DNA of 64,000 nt from Acidobacteriota bacterium. Its GTDB lineage: Bacteria > Acidobacteriota > UBA6911 > RPQK01 > JAJDTT01. The stretch spans positions 5,952,001 through 6,016,000 of the forward strand of contig CBDCJH010000002.1 in assembly GCA_965217775.1 (NCBI GenBank). Reading direction: 5' to 3'. Position numbers and translations under genes: made by a program. This document shows, in pieces, positions 1-10,558 of the stretch (within the stretch, counting starts at the first letter, position 1; the number at the start of each line of letters is the position of its first letter). The notes below the pieces were generated by a model. The model was not told the DNA's origin. It saw only the letters and a program-made list of their open reading frames with translations, and made no database searches.

Positions 1-863
1 CCCTCATCTACCTGCTGGGAGCGGCACTGGTCGGGCGCTTCGGCGAACTCTCCAACGGCTGGGCCATTCCCTGCGCCACGGACATCGCCTTCAGCTACAT
101 GGTGGCCCGGATCGTCTTCGGCGCCGGCCATCCCGCGATTCCATTCCTGTTGCTGCTGGCGATTGCCGACGACGCCATGGGCCTGCTGATTCTTGCGGCC
201 TTCTACCCGCAGGGGGAAGTGCAGATGCTCTGGATGATCCTGGCCGTGGTGGGCGTAGGCGTCGCCTTCCTGTTTCAGCGCCTGCGCCTCCGCAGCTTCT
301 GGTGGTATCTGGCCGTTCCCGGCACCCTATCGTGGATCGGGTTTGCGATGGCTGGCCTGCATCCGGCTCTGGGTCTCCTGCCCGTCATTCCTGCCATGCC
401 TCACCACGACTCCGACAGGGGCCTTTTCGATTGGAAAGAGTTGGAGGCGACGGACACGCTGAACGAATTCGAGCATTGGTGGCAGAAACCGGTGGAATTG
501 ATCCTGATGCTCTTCGGCCTCTTCAACGCCGGCGTATTGTTCAGCGCAGTGGATTCCCCCACCTTCCTGGTCCTGATCGGACTCCTGGCGGGAAAGCCGG
601 TGGGAATCTGGGCCGGAGCCATGCTGGTCGCCAGAGGGTTCCGGTTGGGACTCCCCGAAGGGATCGGCACGCGGGACCTGGTGGTTGTGGGGTTCGCTGC
701 CGCGATCGGGTTCACGGTGGCGCTTTTCGTGACGACCGTGGCGTTTCCGGTGGGACAGATCCAGGACGCCGCCAAAATGGGCGCGCTGGGTTCTTTCGCC
801 GCCGCCCTGATCACTTACTGCGTGGCCCGGGCCACAGGCGTCACGCCGAGCACTGCGAAGTAG
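1..863 (+). CDS. nhaA: Na+/H+ antiporter NhaA (5' end outside window)
   Basis: Frame open from window start; GWAIPCATDIAF and LAIADD motifs, GKPVGI, IGFTVALF; very hydrophobic. Confidence 0.92.
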   Translation, partial: LIYLLGAALVGRFGELSNGWAIPCATDIAFSYMVARIVFGAGHPAIPFLLLLAIADDAMGLLILAAFYPQGEVQMLWMILAVVGVGVAFLFQRLRLRSFWWYLAVPGTLSWIGFAMAGLHPALGLLPVIPAMPHHDSDRGLFDWKELEATDTLNEFEHWWQKPVELILMLFGLFNAGVLFSAVDSPTFLVLIGLLAGKPVGIWAGAMLVARGFRLGLPEGIGTRDLVVVGFAAAIGFTVALFVTTVAFPVGQIQDAAKMGALGSFAAALITYCVARATGVTPSTAK

Positions 864-885
864 AAGTCGTTCCGCGGCTTTCGGC

Positions 886-2349
886 TCACGCCAGCAGGGG
901 CTTCACCACTTCACCGTGGATGTCGGTGAGCCGATAGTGGCGTCCCTGGAACTTGAAGGTGAGCCGGGAGTGGTCGATTCCCAGGCAATGGAGGACCGTC
1001 GCCTGGAAATCGTGGACGTGGACCGGATCCTTCACCACGTTGTAGCTGAAGTCGTCGGTCTCGCCGTAGCTGATCCCGGGACGGATGCCGCCTCCCGCCA
1101 TCCACATGGTGAAGCAGCGGGGATGGTGGTCGCGCCCGTAGTTGTCCTCGGTGAGCCGGCCTTGGCAATAGACGGTTCGCCCGAACTCGCCCCCCCAGAT
1201 GACCAGGGTCTCGTCCAGCAATCCCCTCTGCTTCAGGTCGGTGACCAGCGCCGCCGAGGCCTGATCCGTGTCCTCGCACTGTCCCCGAATCTGGGCCGGC
1301 AGGTTGTTGTGCTGGTCCCAACCCCGGTGGTAGAGCTGCACGAAGCGGACGCCCGCTTCGCTGAGTCGCCGGGCCAGGAGGCAGTTGGCGGCGTAGGTTC
1401 CCGGCTTTCCGGAGTCGGGCCCGTAGAGCTCGAAGATATGGTCCGGCTCGTTCGAGACGTCGGTCAGCTCGGGGACCGAGAGCTGCATCTTGTAGGCCAT
1501 CTCGTATTGGCTGATCCGGGTCGTGATCTCGGGGTCGCCGAGAGATTCGGCTCGCATCCGGTTCAGCTCACCGATCCCGTCCAGCATCCGTCTCCGGCTC
1601 CGGTGGTCCACGCCGGGCGGGTTGGACAGGTACAGGACCGGGTCCCCGACGCCCCTGAATTTGACGCCCTGATGGTCCGAGGGAAGGAAACCGGCCCCCC
1701 AGAGGCGGGAGAAGATGGGCTGGGGATTGGTCTTGATCCTGCCGATGGAGACCATCACGACGAAGCTGGGAAGGTCCTGGCTCTCGCTTCCCAGTCCGTA
1801 GCTCAGCCACGCACCCAGGCTGGGACGGCCCGGCTGCTGACTTCCGGTCTGGAAGAAGGTGATGCCCGGATCGTGATTGATGGCTTCGGTGTGCAGGGTC
1901 TTGACGACGGCGATGTCGTCTGCGATCCGGCCGGTGTGGGGCAAGAGTTCGCTCACCCAGGCGCCCGACTCCCCGTGCCGGGCAAACTTGAAGATGGACG
2001 GAGCCACGGGGAGGGTTTTCTGCCCCGAGGTCATGCCGGTGATTCTCTGGCCCCGGCGCACCGAATCGGGCAGGTCCGTCCCCCGATGTTTCTCCAACTG
2101 AGGCTTGTGGTCGAACAGGTCCATCTGAGCCGGCGCGCCCGACTGGAAGAGGAAGATGACCCGTTTCGCTTTGGGAGCAAAGTGAGGCAGGTCAGGCCGG
2201 ATCCCGGTTAGAGACGCCTTATCGGTCCGACCGGAGAACAGATGGGGATTCAGAATCGAGGCCAGGGCGGCCGTGCCGATGCCGGTGCTGGTTCGGCCGA
2301 AGAACTGGCGCCGAGTGATCTCGAGTCGCAATCGGGTTTCCGGGTCCAC
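886..2349 (-). CDS. DUF1501 family protein (sulfatase-like fold, Tat signal)
   Basis: ITRRQFF Tat-like motif, PHFAPKAKRVIFLFQSGAP, GWDQH, WGGEFGRT, GRDHHP; likely GTG start at 2349, 6 bp after upstream gene; ORF-track N-terminal extension is spurious. Confidence 0.88.
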   Translation of the reverse strand: MDPETRLRLEITRRQFFGRTSTGIGTAALASILNPHLFSGRTDKASLTGIRPDLPHFAPKAKRVIFLFQSGAPAQMDLFDHKPQLEKHRGTDLPDSVRRGQRITGMTSGQKTLPVAPSIFKFARHGESGAWVSELLPHTGRIADDIAVVKTLHTEAINHDPGITFFQTGSQQPGRPSLGAWLSYGLGSESQDLPSFVVMVSIGRIKTNPQPIFSRLWGAGFLPSDHQGVKFRGVGDPVLYLSNPPGVDHRSRRRMLDGIGELNRMRAESLGDPEITTRISQYEMAYKMQLSVPELTDVSNEPDHIFELYGPDSGKPGTYAANCLLARRLSEAGVRFVQLYHRGWDQHNNLPAQIRGQCEDTDQASAALVTDLKQRGLLDETLVIWGGEFGRTVYCQGRLTEDNYGRDHHPRCFTMWMAGGGIRPGISYGETDDFSYNVVKDPVHVHDFQATVLHCLGIDHSRLTFKFQGRHYRLTDIHGEVVKPLLA

Positions 2350-2354
2350 GCTAC

Positions 2355-5300
2355 TCACTCCCGGGTAATGGTTTCGTCCAGGTTCAGAATGCTGCCGGTC
2401 ACGGTGGTCCATGCGGCCAGCTCCACCGGGTCCAGGCTCGGATCGAAGGGGGATTCGCCCACCTCGATCAGACGCCGGGCCGCCTCGGGATCCGACCTGT
2501 AATAGCTTCGCTGCTGCTGGAGGATCCGGTCCAGGATCGGGGTCTCCCGAGAGTTGGGTGCCCGTCCCGTGGCCAGACGGAAAGCAAAGTGGATCCGATC
2601 CTCCGTGTCCGAAGCCGTTCCTCTCAGAGTGTGTTGGGCCAGGGATCGGGCCGCCTCCACGTAAGTCGGGTCGTTCAGCAGGATCAACGCCTGCAGCGGA
2701 GTGTTGGTCCGCGGCCGCCGCATGGTGCAGGTTTCCCGGTCGGGTGCGTCGAATGCCATCAATGTCGGCGGAGGAATCGTCCGCTTCCAGAAGGTGTAGA
2801 GGCCACGGCGGTAGAGGTTCTCGCCCTCTCCTTGGACATACTCCTGGGCCGTGTACTTCTCGCCGTAGGCCATCTCCTTCCACAAACCGGGGGGCTGGTA
2901 AGGAAAGACGCTGGGTCCACCGATCGTGTTCACCAGAAGGCCGCTGGCCCTCAAGGCGTTGTCACGAACCAGCTCGGCCGGGAGCCGGAACCTGGAGGCC
3001 CGCGCCAGCAGCCGGTTTTCCGGGTCCCGCTTCAACAACTCGGGCGTGACGCGGGAACTCTGGCGGTAGGTGGCGGACGTGACCAGGAGCCGCTGCAGAC
3101 CTTTCACGTCCCAGCCCGAGGCCACGAACTCGGTGGACAGCCAGTCCAGAAGTTCCGGGTGACTGGGCTGATCTCCCTGGGAGCCGAAGTTCTCCGCCGA
3201 CTTGACGAAGCCGATGCCGTAGTACATCTGCCAGAATCGGTTTACGGTGACCCGGGCCGTCAACGGGTGGTCCGGGTCGACCAGCCATCGGGCCAGGCCC
3301 AGACGGTTCGGAGAGGCATCTTGCGGAAACGGCGGCAGCGCCGCCGGGACTCCCGGCTCCACCTTCTCCCCTCGATTGCGGTAGTCTCCCCGATCCAGGA
3401 CGACCGTATCCCGCGGCTCCCCCATTTCCTCCATCACCATGATGGTGGGAACGGTTGCCTGTAGCTCCTGCTCTTCCCGGCGAAGGGCCTCCTGTTCCCG
3501 GTGCAGTTCCCGATAGAGGGCAGGTGCATCTCGCTCCATGTAGAACCGGAACAGATCCTCCTGCTTCTGCTCGGTCCGCTCCTCTTCCGGCTCCTGCAGG
3601 ATGGCTCGGATGGGATGATAGACGGCCAACTGCTCCACTTCGTTCGCTGTCAGGTTCCGATCGTAGATGCGCACCTCGTCCATCTGGCCGTCGAACATCC
3701 CCTTGGCGTGGCGCCGGCCCAGAAGCAGCGGCCGTTCGGTTCTGATGGAACCGGTCAGGCTGGCGTGCAGGGCCTCGACTTCCTGACGCCTCCCGTCCAG
3801 GTAGAGGGCCACGCCGGAAGCTCTGCCGGAACCGTCGTAGGTGAGGGCCAGGTGATGCCATTCGTTCAAGGAAACAGGGGTAAGCGTCCGAACCTTGACG
3901 GCGTTGTCGGGCCAGGCATGAACCAGGTGCGCCATGAGCAGGGGGCCGCTGTACTTGGGACCGTCATGCTCTTTGAAGTCGCCCACGAAGAGGTCATATC
4001 CGCGGAGCCCCTCCACATCGTCCATGCGGGCGACGATGGCCTGGTCCCCTTCGTTCCTGAGACGAACCCAGGCCAGCAGAGAGAAGGCGTCGGTCCGCTC
4101 GAAGCCACCCAGGTCGCCGAGGTTCACATGGGTCCGGGTGGTGAACTTGAAAGCGCCGCCGACTTTTCCCTCGGTCGGCACCAGTTCCTCGCCTCTGGGT
4201 TTCCCGTGACGATAGTGGCCGCTGGTGTCCGAGGTGTGGTGGTCCAATTCGTAGTGGGCCAGGAGGCCCTGGCGTGGACTCTCGCGGAGCTTGGCCAGTG
4301 TGGGCGCCTCCCACTCCCGTACCAGGGACTTCAAGCGGCTTTCCGGCATCCGGGTCTCGATGGCTTCCAGCCTTTCCCGCAACTTCCGCAGGCGCGTCGC
4401 CTGTTCGGGATAGGGCAATTGCATGACCGGAGCCGCGTTGCCTTTTCGGCCGTCCAAGCCCTTTTCGGGGATGGTGTTGAAGAAGGCCGAAAAGCGGTAG
4501 AACTCCCGCTGCCGAATCGGGTCGTACTTGTGGTCGTGGCAGCGGGCGCACCCCATGGTCAGGCCCATCCAGACCGTCGACGTGGTGTTGACCCGGTCGA
4601 CCACGTACTCCAACTGGTACTCCTCGGGAATGGCGCCGCCCTCGAAGTTGATCATGTGATTGCGATTGAATCCGGTGGCCAGCTTTTGTTGAGCCGTGGC
4701 GCCCGGGAGAAGGTCGCCGGCCAGTTGCTCGATGGTGAACTCGTCGAAGGGCTGGTTCCGGTTGAAGGAGTCGATGACCCAGTCCCGCCAGAGCCACATG
4801 TCCCGGTGGCTGTCGATGTGGTAGCCGTGGGTGTCCGCGTAGCGGCTGGAGTCGAGCCACTCCAGGGCCATCCGCTCCCCGTAACGCCGGGAGGAGAGGA
4901 GCCGTTCCACCACCCTTTCGTAGGCTCCGGGGCTCCGGTCCGCCCGGAACGCGTCCACCTCCTCCGGCGTTGGAGGCAGTCCGGTCAGGTCCAGAGTCAC
5001 CCGGCGGATCAAGGTGACGCGGTCGGCTTCGGGTGATGGTTCCAGCCCCTCGCTTTCGAGTCGGGCCAGGATGAACCGGTCGACGGGGTTGCGGACCCAG
5101 GAGACGCGCTTCACCTGCGGAAGAGGCGGCCGGCGAGGCTTGACGAAGGCCCAGTGGTCTTTGGCCTCGGCGCCTTCGCTGATCCAACGGCGGATGAGGT
5201 CGATCTGGTTCTGGTTCAGCTTCCGGTCGAATCCGGGCGGCGGCATCCGCGCCGCCTCGTGCTCCGCCGATATTCTCTGGTACATACGGCTCGATTCAGC

Positions 5301-5579
5301 GTCTCCCGGAGTGACGATCTTGTAGCCGTCCCGGTCCTGGAACAGCCCGTCCTTCGAATCCAGGCGCAGACCCGCCTGTCTCACCTTTTCGTCCGGACCG
5401 TGGCAAGCGAAACAGTGGTCCGAGAGGATGGGGCGTATCTGGCGGCTGTAGTCGACGCCGCCGGCCGCCGCCTCGGCTTGAGCCGGTGGCAGAAATGCAC
5501 CGGAAGCCATCAACCCCGCCAGAACCGCCGCCCTCACCGTCAGTTCCGCAATGCTCTTCCTGCCGTCTGATTGCTTCAT
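2355..5579 (-). CDS. DUF1549/DUF1553 (PSCyt/PSD1) protein with planctomycete-type cytochrome c and inserted LamG-like domain
   Basis: CFACHG and CARCHDHKYDP heme motifs, NPVDRFI, PSHPELLDWL, TNTPLQAL; WHHLALTYDG...GQMDEVRIY LamG-like insert; ATG at 5579 followed by signal peptide. Confidence 0.88.
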   Translation of the reverse strand: MKQSDGRKSIAELTVRAAVLAGLMASGAFLPPAQAEAAAGGVDYSRQIRPILSDHCFACHGPDEKVRQAGLRLDSKDGLFQDRDGYKIVTPGDAESSRMYQRISAEHEAARMPPPGFDRKLNQNQIDLIRRWISEGAEAKDHWAFVKPRRPPLPQVKRVSWVRNPVDRFILARLESEGLEPSPEADRVTLIRRVTLDLTGLPPTPEEVDAFRADRSPGAYERVVERLLSSRRYGERMALEWLDSSRYADTHGYHIDSHRDMWLWRDWVIDSFNRNQPFDEFTIEQLAGDLLPGATAQQKLATGFNRNHMINFEGGAIPEEYQLEYVVDRVNTTSTVWMGLTMGCARCHDHKYDPIRQREFYRFSAFFNTIPEKGLDGRKGNAAPVMQLPYPEQATRLRKLRERLEAIETRMPESRLKSLVREWEAPTLAKLRESPRQGLLAHYELDHHTSDTSGHYRHGKPRGEELVPTEGKVGGAFKFTTRTHVNLGDLGGFERTDAFSLLAWVRLRNEGDQAIVARMDDVEGLRGYDLFVGDFKEHDGPKYSGPLLMAHLVHAWPDNAVKVRTLTPVSLNEWHHLALTYDGSGRASGVALYLDGRRQEVEALHASLTGSIRTERPLLLGRRHAKGMFDGQMDEVRIYDRNLTANEVEQLAVYHPIRAILQEPEEERTEQKQEDLFRFYMERDAPALYRELHREQEALRREEQELQATVPTIMVMEEMGEPRDTVVLDRGDYRNRGEKVEPGVPAALPPFPQDASPNRLGLARWLVDPDHPLTARVTVNRFWQMYYGIGFVKSAENFGSQGDQPSHPELLDWLSTEFVASGWDVKGLQRLLVTSATYRQSSRVTPELLKRDPENRLLARASRFRLPAELVRDNALRASGLLVNTIGGPSVFPYQPPGLWKEMAYGEKYTAQEYVQGEGENLYRRGLYTFWKRTIPPPTLMAFDAPDRETCTMRRPRTNTPLQALILLNDPTYVEAARSLAQHTLRGTASDTEDRIHFAFRLATGRAPNSRETPILDRILQQQRSYYRSDPEAARRLIEVGESPFDPSLDPVELAAWTTVTGSILNLDETITRE

Positions 5580-5832
5580 GGAGACTCCGATGCCGGTGTC
5601 GAATCCGTCCGGGCCCGGTCGGCTCCTGGGAACGCTCCCCAAGGCCGTGCCAAGAGTGTACGCCCGTGGAAGTCTGCCCGGCAACCCGCGGATACATTGA
5701 GGCTTCAATCTATCTTCACGGCTTCTTGAAACACGCCACGTACACTCCCAGCGGTTCTTTTCCGTGTCGAGGGAGGAGGACTGCGCATGGTCACATACGC
5801 GAAAAATGGATCGGCCGGAGGGGTTGCCTGGT

Positions 5833-7359
5833 CATGAGAGCCGGAACTATTACCGTTCGGCAGGTCAGGGGAAGCTCTCCCCGCTGCGAGAATATGAGAT
5901 GGACTTCAGCACCCGCTCCATCCTCACCGGCATCACCGCAAACTTCGCCTACGAGCTCACCGGCAACAACCGGATCCGGTTCCAGAACTTCTTCAGCAAG
6001 GACACCAGCGACGAGTCCCGGTTCTTCGAGGGTTTCGACTCGGACGGGCAACAGCGGGTCCGCAACCAGCGCATCCGCATGATCGAGGAGGACGTGGGCT
6101 CCACCAAGGTCTCGGGTGAGCATTACCTGACCGCCCTGGGCCACAGCTTCCTGACTTGGCGCCTGTCTTATTCCCTCTCGACTCTGGACGAACCGGATCT
6201 GAGAGAGGCCCTCTACGAAGAGCGGAACGACCGCTTCCTGCTGGCCGACGAGAGCCAGAGCGGCTTCCGGCTCTTCAACGACCTGGACGAAAACATCTGG
6301 GAGCCGGGTCTCGACTGGACCACCTACTTCAACCGCGGGATCGTGAACAGCTCCATCAAGGTCGGCGCGTCCTACCGGTCGCGCCAGCGGGACTTCCTCT
6401 CGCGGCGGTTCCGGTTCGTTCCCCTGCGGACGGCGGGGATCGATCTGGCACGGGCGCCGGAGCAGATCTTCGCCCCCGAGAGTATCCATCCCAGCGGATT
6501 CGAGCTGCGGGAGGAGACGCGCCCCACCGACACCTACGACGCCAAGCAATTGACCCGCGCCGGTTACGCCATGTGGGATCTGTCCATCAACAATTGGCGG
6601 TTCATCGGTGGCGCGCGGGTGGAGGCCGACTCGCAACGCGTTGAAACCTTCGATCCCTTCGACCGAACGGCCCCCACGGGCGTCTCAACGCGCTTGGACA
6701 ACACGGACCTGCTCCCCGCCTTCTCGGTGGTGTACCGCCTCGACAACGACATGAATCTGCGGGGTGGCTACGGCAGAACCCTGAATCGTCCCGAGTTTCG
6801 CGAACTGTCTCCCTTCGAGTTCACCGACGTCGTGGGAGGCCGAGCCGTGGTTGGAAACCCGGAACTGGTCCGGGCCCGGATCCGGAACTGGGACGTTCGG
6901 TGGGAATGGTTCATGAGTTCCAATGAACTGCTTTCGGCCAGCTTCTTCTTCAAGGACTTCGAGAACCCCATTGAAAGAGAGATCCAGTTGACCGCTCAGC
7001 TCAGGACCTCCTTCATCAACGCGCAGGGCGCCAAGAATCTGGGGATGGAGTTGGAGACACGCAAGAACCTGGGCGGCCTCTCGTCAGCTCTTCAGAACTT
7101 CTTCGTCTCGGCCAACTACACCTTGGTCGACTCGGCGGTGGAAATCTCCCGGGAGCAGGCTCCGTTGCTCACCAACTTGAATCGGGCGCTGGAAGGACAA
7201 TCCCGGCACGTTTTCAACGGGGTCCTTCAGTACGAGCACCCGACCGCCGAGTCCATGGCCCGGCTGCTCTACAACTACCAGGGGGACCGGATTCAGCGAT
7301 CGTATCGAATCGGACGGAGCTTCTCCGTCAGTATTTCCAAGACTTTCTTCAGAGAGTAG
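5833..7359 (+). pseudogene. TonB-dependent receptor remnant (barrel only; N-terminal plug missing, probable deletion near C-terminus)
   Basis: Barrel motifs RPEFRELSPF, GNPEL, DVRWEWF, FFKDFENPIE, ANYTLVDS; only ~510 aa, no signal peptide/plug; YNYQGDRI joins directly to QRSYRIGRSFSVS. Confidence 0.72.
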
Positions 7360-7401
7360 ACGACCAACCCTGAATCACTTGTAGGAAAGGAGCCAAGACC
7401 C

Positions 7402-8980
7402 GTGCGAAGAACCATTGCGGTAATGATTCTGACTTTGATCCCGATCCTGGCGGTCGCCAATCTGGCGGCGGCTGCGGAGGGTGGCGGAGCGGCTGGGGAC
7501 GTCCAGTTCGTGCGGATGATGGATCAGTCCAGCGGCCCTCACGCCAGCATCTTTCTGCGGACGAACGAAGTGGGCTATTTGACCCAGTTCGACGATCCGC
7601 GGAACCAGATCATGGTGATGGTGGACCTGGACCCCAACGGCCACATGTACGATAAGACCTATTTCATTTCTTTCCTGAATAAGGAGACGGGTGAGTCACG
7701 GTACCTCGATGTGATCGGTGGCCGACTGCAGGAGGCCTCCGAAGGAATCGTTGATTTCGAAGGGAATCCCCCCGGATCGGTCAACGCCTATCCCATTCCG
7801 TCCCTTGCGGCGCCCCTGAACACTCTCGTAGGCCCCCCGCCTGCTCCCGTGAGCACGTTGGATCCCGGTGACTTGGGCGCCGGCCGCTGGGCCGTTGTCT
7901 TCGACATCCGGGACGTCACCGGAACCCGGATCTTCCAGCGTGCCTATTGGCATTTCGTCATCGCCGGGCAGGCGATGGAACTGCCCGCCGAGATCAACGC
8001 CGATATGACGCTTGACTGGAGGACCCTCTGGATTCTGCCATCGCGACTGCATACCGTTGGTCCTGGCGCCACCCTGACCATCGAGCCCGGCACGGTGCTG
8101 TTGGGTGCCGACATCGCGACCCTGCTGATTGGACGGGGCGGTCGGATTCATGCCGAGGGAACCGCGCTCAGCCCGATCATCATGACCTCCGACGAGAGCG
8201 TGGGGTCCCGGCGCGTCCAGGGTTGGGGCGGACTGGTGCTCGCCGGCAACGCTCCCATCAATGGTTGCGAGGGAGGCAATTGTGAAGGAGACGTCGAGGG
8301 TGTGAGCAATGCCCAATACGGCGGCAATGATCCGGCGGATGACGGGGAGTGCTGAAATATGTCCGAGTGGAATTTGCGGGAGCAGAGTTCTCGCCCGAAA
8401 ACGAGCTCAACGGTATCGCCTTCCACGGTATCGGAAACCAGACCGAAGTCGACTATGTCCAGGTCCATTACAAGAAGGATGACGGCATAGAGATGTTCCG
8501 GGGTACCGCCAATATCAGACACGCACTCCTGACGGGGGTTGCCGACGACAGCCTCGATTACACGGAAGGCTGGGTGGGCAAGGCTCAGTTCATCTGCATC
8601 CAGCAGGACAAGTCCGATGCCGACAACGGTTTCGAGTTCGACAGCAACGGCGACGCCAACGATCTGCTGCCCCGCTCCAATCCCACGATTTCGAATGTGA
8701 CGCCGGTGGTTACGGGGTTGACGCCTGGATCCGGGGTGCGTCCCAGATGAATCGCTTTGCCGATTCGGCGAGTGGAGTCGGGTTGGCCGATCCGTTCAAC
8801 GCTCTTTCCCCCGACTTCTGGCCCATGCCCAACTCCATGGCCCTTGACGTGAACTACGTCAAGACGCTGCCGGAAGACGGTTTCTTCACGCCGGTGACCT
8901 ATGCGGGTTGTGTGGGCCCGAACGACGATTGGACCCACAGCTGGAGCACCAGTGAACCGTCACTTGCCTCTGGGAACTAG
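7402..8980 (+). pseudogene. Secreted beta-helix-type protein typically paired with TonB receptors; frameshifted and internally deleted
   Basis: Signal peptide; LTIEPGT...WGGLVLAG...YGGNDPADD continues in another frame as VLKYVRVEFAG at ~8345; third fragment 8747-8980 carries the C-terminal Y.G....DDWT..W motif. Confidence 0.75.
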
Positions 8981-9054
8981 TCAGCCGGAGGACTTCAGGG
9001 CGGGCTCGGCGGTTGTCGCCGGGCCCGCCGCAGCACGGCGTATCGCGCAACAGG

Positions 9055-9637
9055 ATGACGATGCTGTCAGATAGGCTCCAATCCACGAGGAAATCTGTGG
9101 CGAGCCCCTGGCTCTTGGGAATCGGGGGCATGGTGGTCCTGGCAGCGTCCCTGGCGTTGCTGTTGAGCGGATTCAGCCACAGTTCGCTGCTGTTCGAAGA
9201 CGGCGAGTTGAAGGGTTCCGCGGTCTCGCCGCATGCGTTGGGGCGCCTTCTGCTGGAGAGGCTGCGAGAAGGGGATCTCTCGGAGGTCGCCCAACTCGGG
9301 CTTTCCAAGGAGGAGTGGGTCCGCCACGTCGGGCCGGTGAGTGCGGCGAATCGGCCCGGCTCCAATTTCACACCCGATTTCGTCTGGGGTCCGGACGCCT
9401 TCAGGAGCCGGCGAGATCTTTCCGACACCGTGCGGCGTTATAGTGATAAAGAGTTGGAGTTGATACGGGTCCGATTCCGGAAGGGAATATCGGGACTATG
9501 ACGGCTTTCGCCTGCACCGGGACGCCCGCTTGGAGGTGGGTCTTCCGGACGGCGGCAAACGGGAATTGAAGCTGTTCGGTTCCGTCTTCGAGCGAAACGG
9601 GGAGTTCAAGATCTTTAGCTTCAAGACTGACAATTGA
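9055..9637 (+). pseudogene. Hypothetical membrane-anchored protein, frameshifted at ~9492
   Basis: ORF ends KGISGL* at 9501 but shifting one base gives DYDGFRLHRDARLEV...KLFGSVFERNGEFKIFSFKTDN* (TGA 9635-9637) with coding-like codon usage. Confidence 0.6.
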
Positions 9638-9655
9638 AGCGGGGGAGGAAAAAGA

Positions 9656-10408
9656 ATGTCGGGTTTCAGAATTCTAATTTTGTCCATTTTCTGCGGGGCG
9701 GTCCTGGCCCAGGACCAACCCGTATACGTTGCCCAGGTGGGTCACGGCGGCGGGTTCGAGACGACGCTCAGCTTCGTCGGACTCACCAACACCACCACGA
9801 ACGTCCTGATCGAAACCTTCGATGAAGACGGCGACCCCATCGCTCTCCTGGACCGGCCCAGCCTCACCAGTCAGTTCGGCGTTCCTGGAGGAGGTGCAGC
9901 GAGCAGCTACGGCATCGAGGTGTCTGCTAAGGGAACGCGAGAAGTCCGGAGCCTGAACGAAAACGAGGCCGTGATCCAAGTGGGCTATGCGAAGATCACA
10001 TCCGACAGCGCGGTTGGTGTGGAAGTCGTGTTCCGCAATTTTGCGAACGGCGTTCGAGTCACCACGACCAGCGTCCTGCCGGAGAGTCCGACGATGGCTT
10101 TCTCGATACTGGCCTACGGGCGAACCGGATTTGCGCTCTTGAATCCGCCTGACAACGGCGGAGCTGCAGAGGTCACGGTGACCCTTTTTGACGGTGCCGG
10201 CAGGATGGTAACGGAAACCGAGTTCTCGTTGGAGGCCGGCAGCAAAACGACGAAATTCCTCTATGAGGAGCCTTTCTTCGATCGGACGCTCGTGCCGGCC
10301 GATTTCTTCGGGTCCGTAGAGATCAGTTCGACCCAGCCGGTGGTGCCAGTTGTCATCAAACTCGAAGGCAGCGCCTTGGTCACCCAGACGGTACAGCCCG
10401 CCCGATAG
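9656..10408 (+). CDS. Hypothetical secreted protein
   Basis: Purine-rich RBS, signal peptide (AVLA-QD), beta-rich 250 aa, coding-like GC3. Confidence 0.7.
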   Translation: MSGFRILILSIFCGAVLAQDQPVYVAQVGHGGGFETTLSFVGLTNTTTNVLIETFDEDGDPIALLDRPSLTSQFGVPGGGAASSYGIEVSAKGTREVRSLNENEAVIQVGYAKITSDSAVGVEVVFRNFANGVRVTTTSVLPESPTMAFSILAYGRTGFALLNPPDNGGAAEVTVTLFDGAGRMVTETEFSLEAGSKTTKFLYEEPFFDRTLVPADFFGSVEISSTQPVVPVVIKLEGSALVTQTVQPAR

Positions 10409-10421
10409 ATCAAATCACGTT

Positions 10422-10451
10422 CGGCGCCGGCGGCGGTTGCCGCCGGTGCCG
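10422..10451. terminator. GC-rich hairpin between convergent genes
   Basis: cggcgccggcggc-ggtt-gccgccggtgccg, 13-bp stem with one G.U; no U-tract. Confidence 0.35.
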
Positions 10452-10558
10452 GCGCGGACCGCACCCAGACGCCGAGAATCGTCGCGGCGCAACCTCACTG
10501 GCCCTCGCCGGCCGCAGCTTCCCAACGCTTTTTCTCCTCGTCCGTCCGTCCTGGTCTT

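Noticed and set aside
2350-2883. N-terminal extension of the 665-aa DUF1501 ORF (and likewise 61716-62213 for the PQQ-repeat ORF)
   Set aside because: Overlaps genuine upstream genes in another frame; real starts with signal peptides lie downstream
8340-9501. Programmed frameshifting at ~8345 and ~9492
   Set aside because: No slippery heptamer or long homopolymer; accompanied by deletions, so decay or sequencing error is more likely
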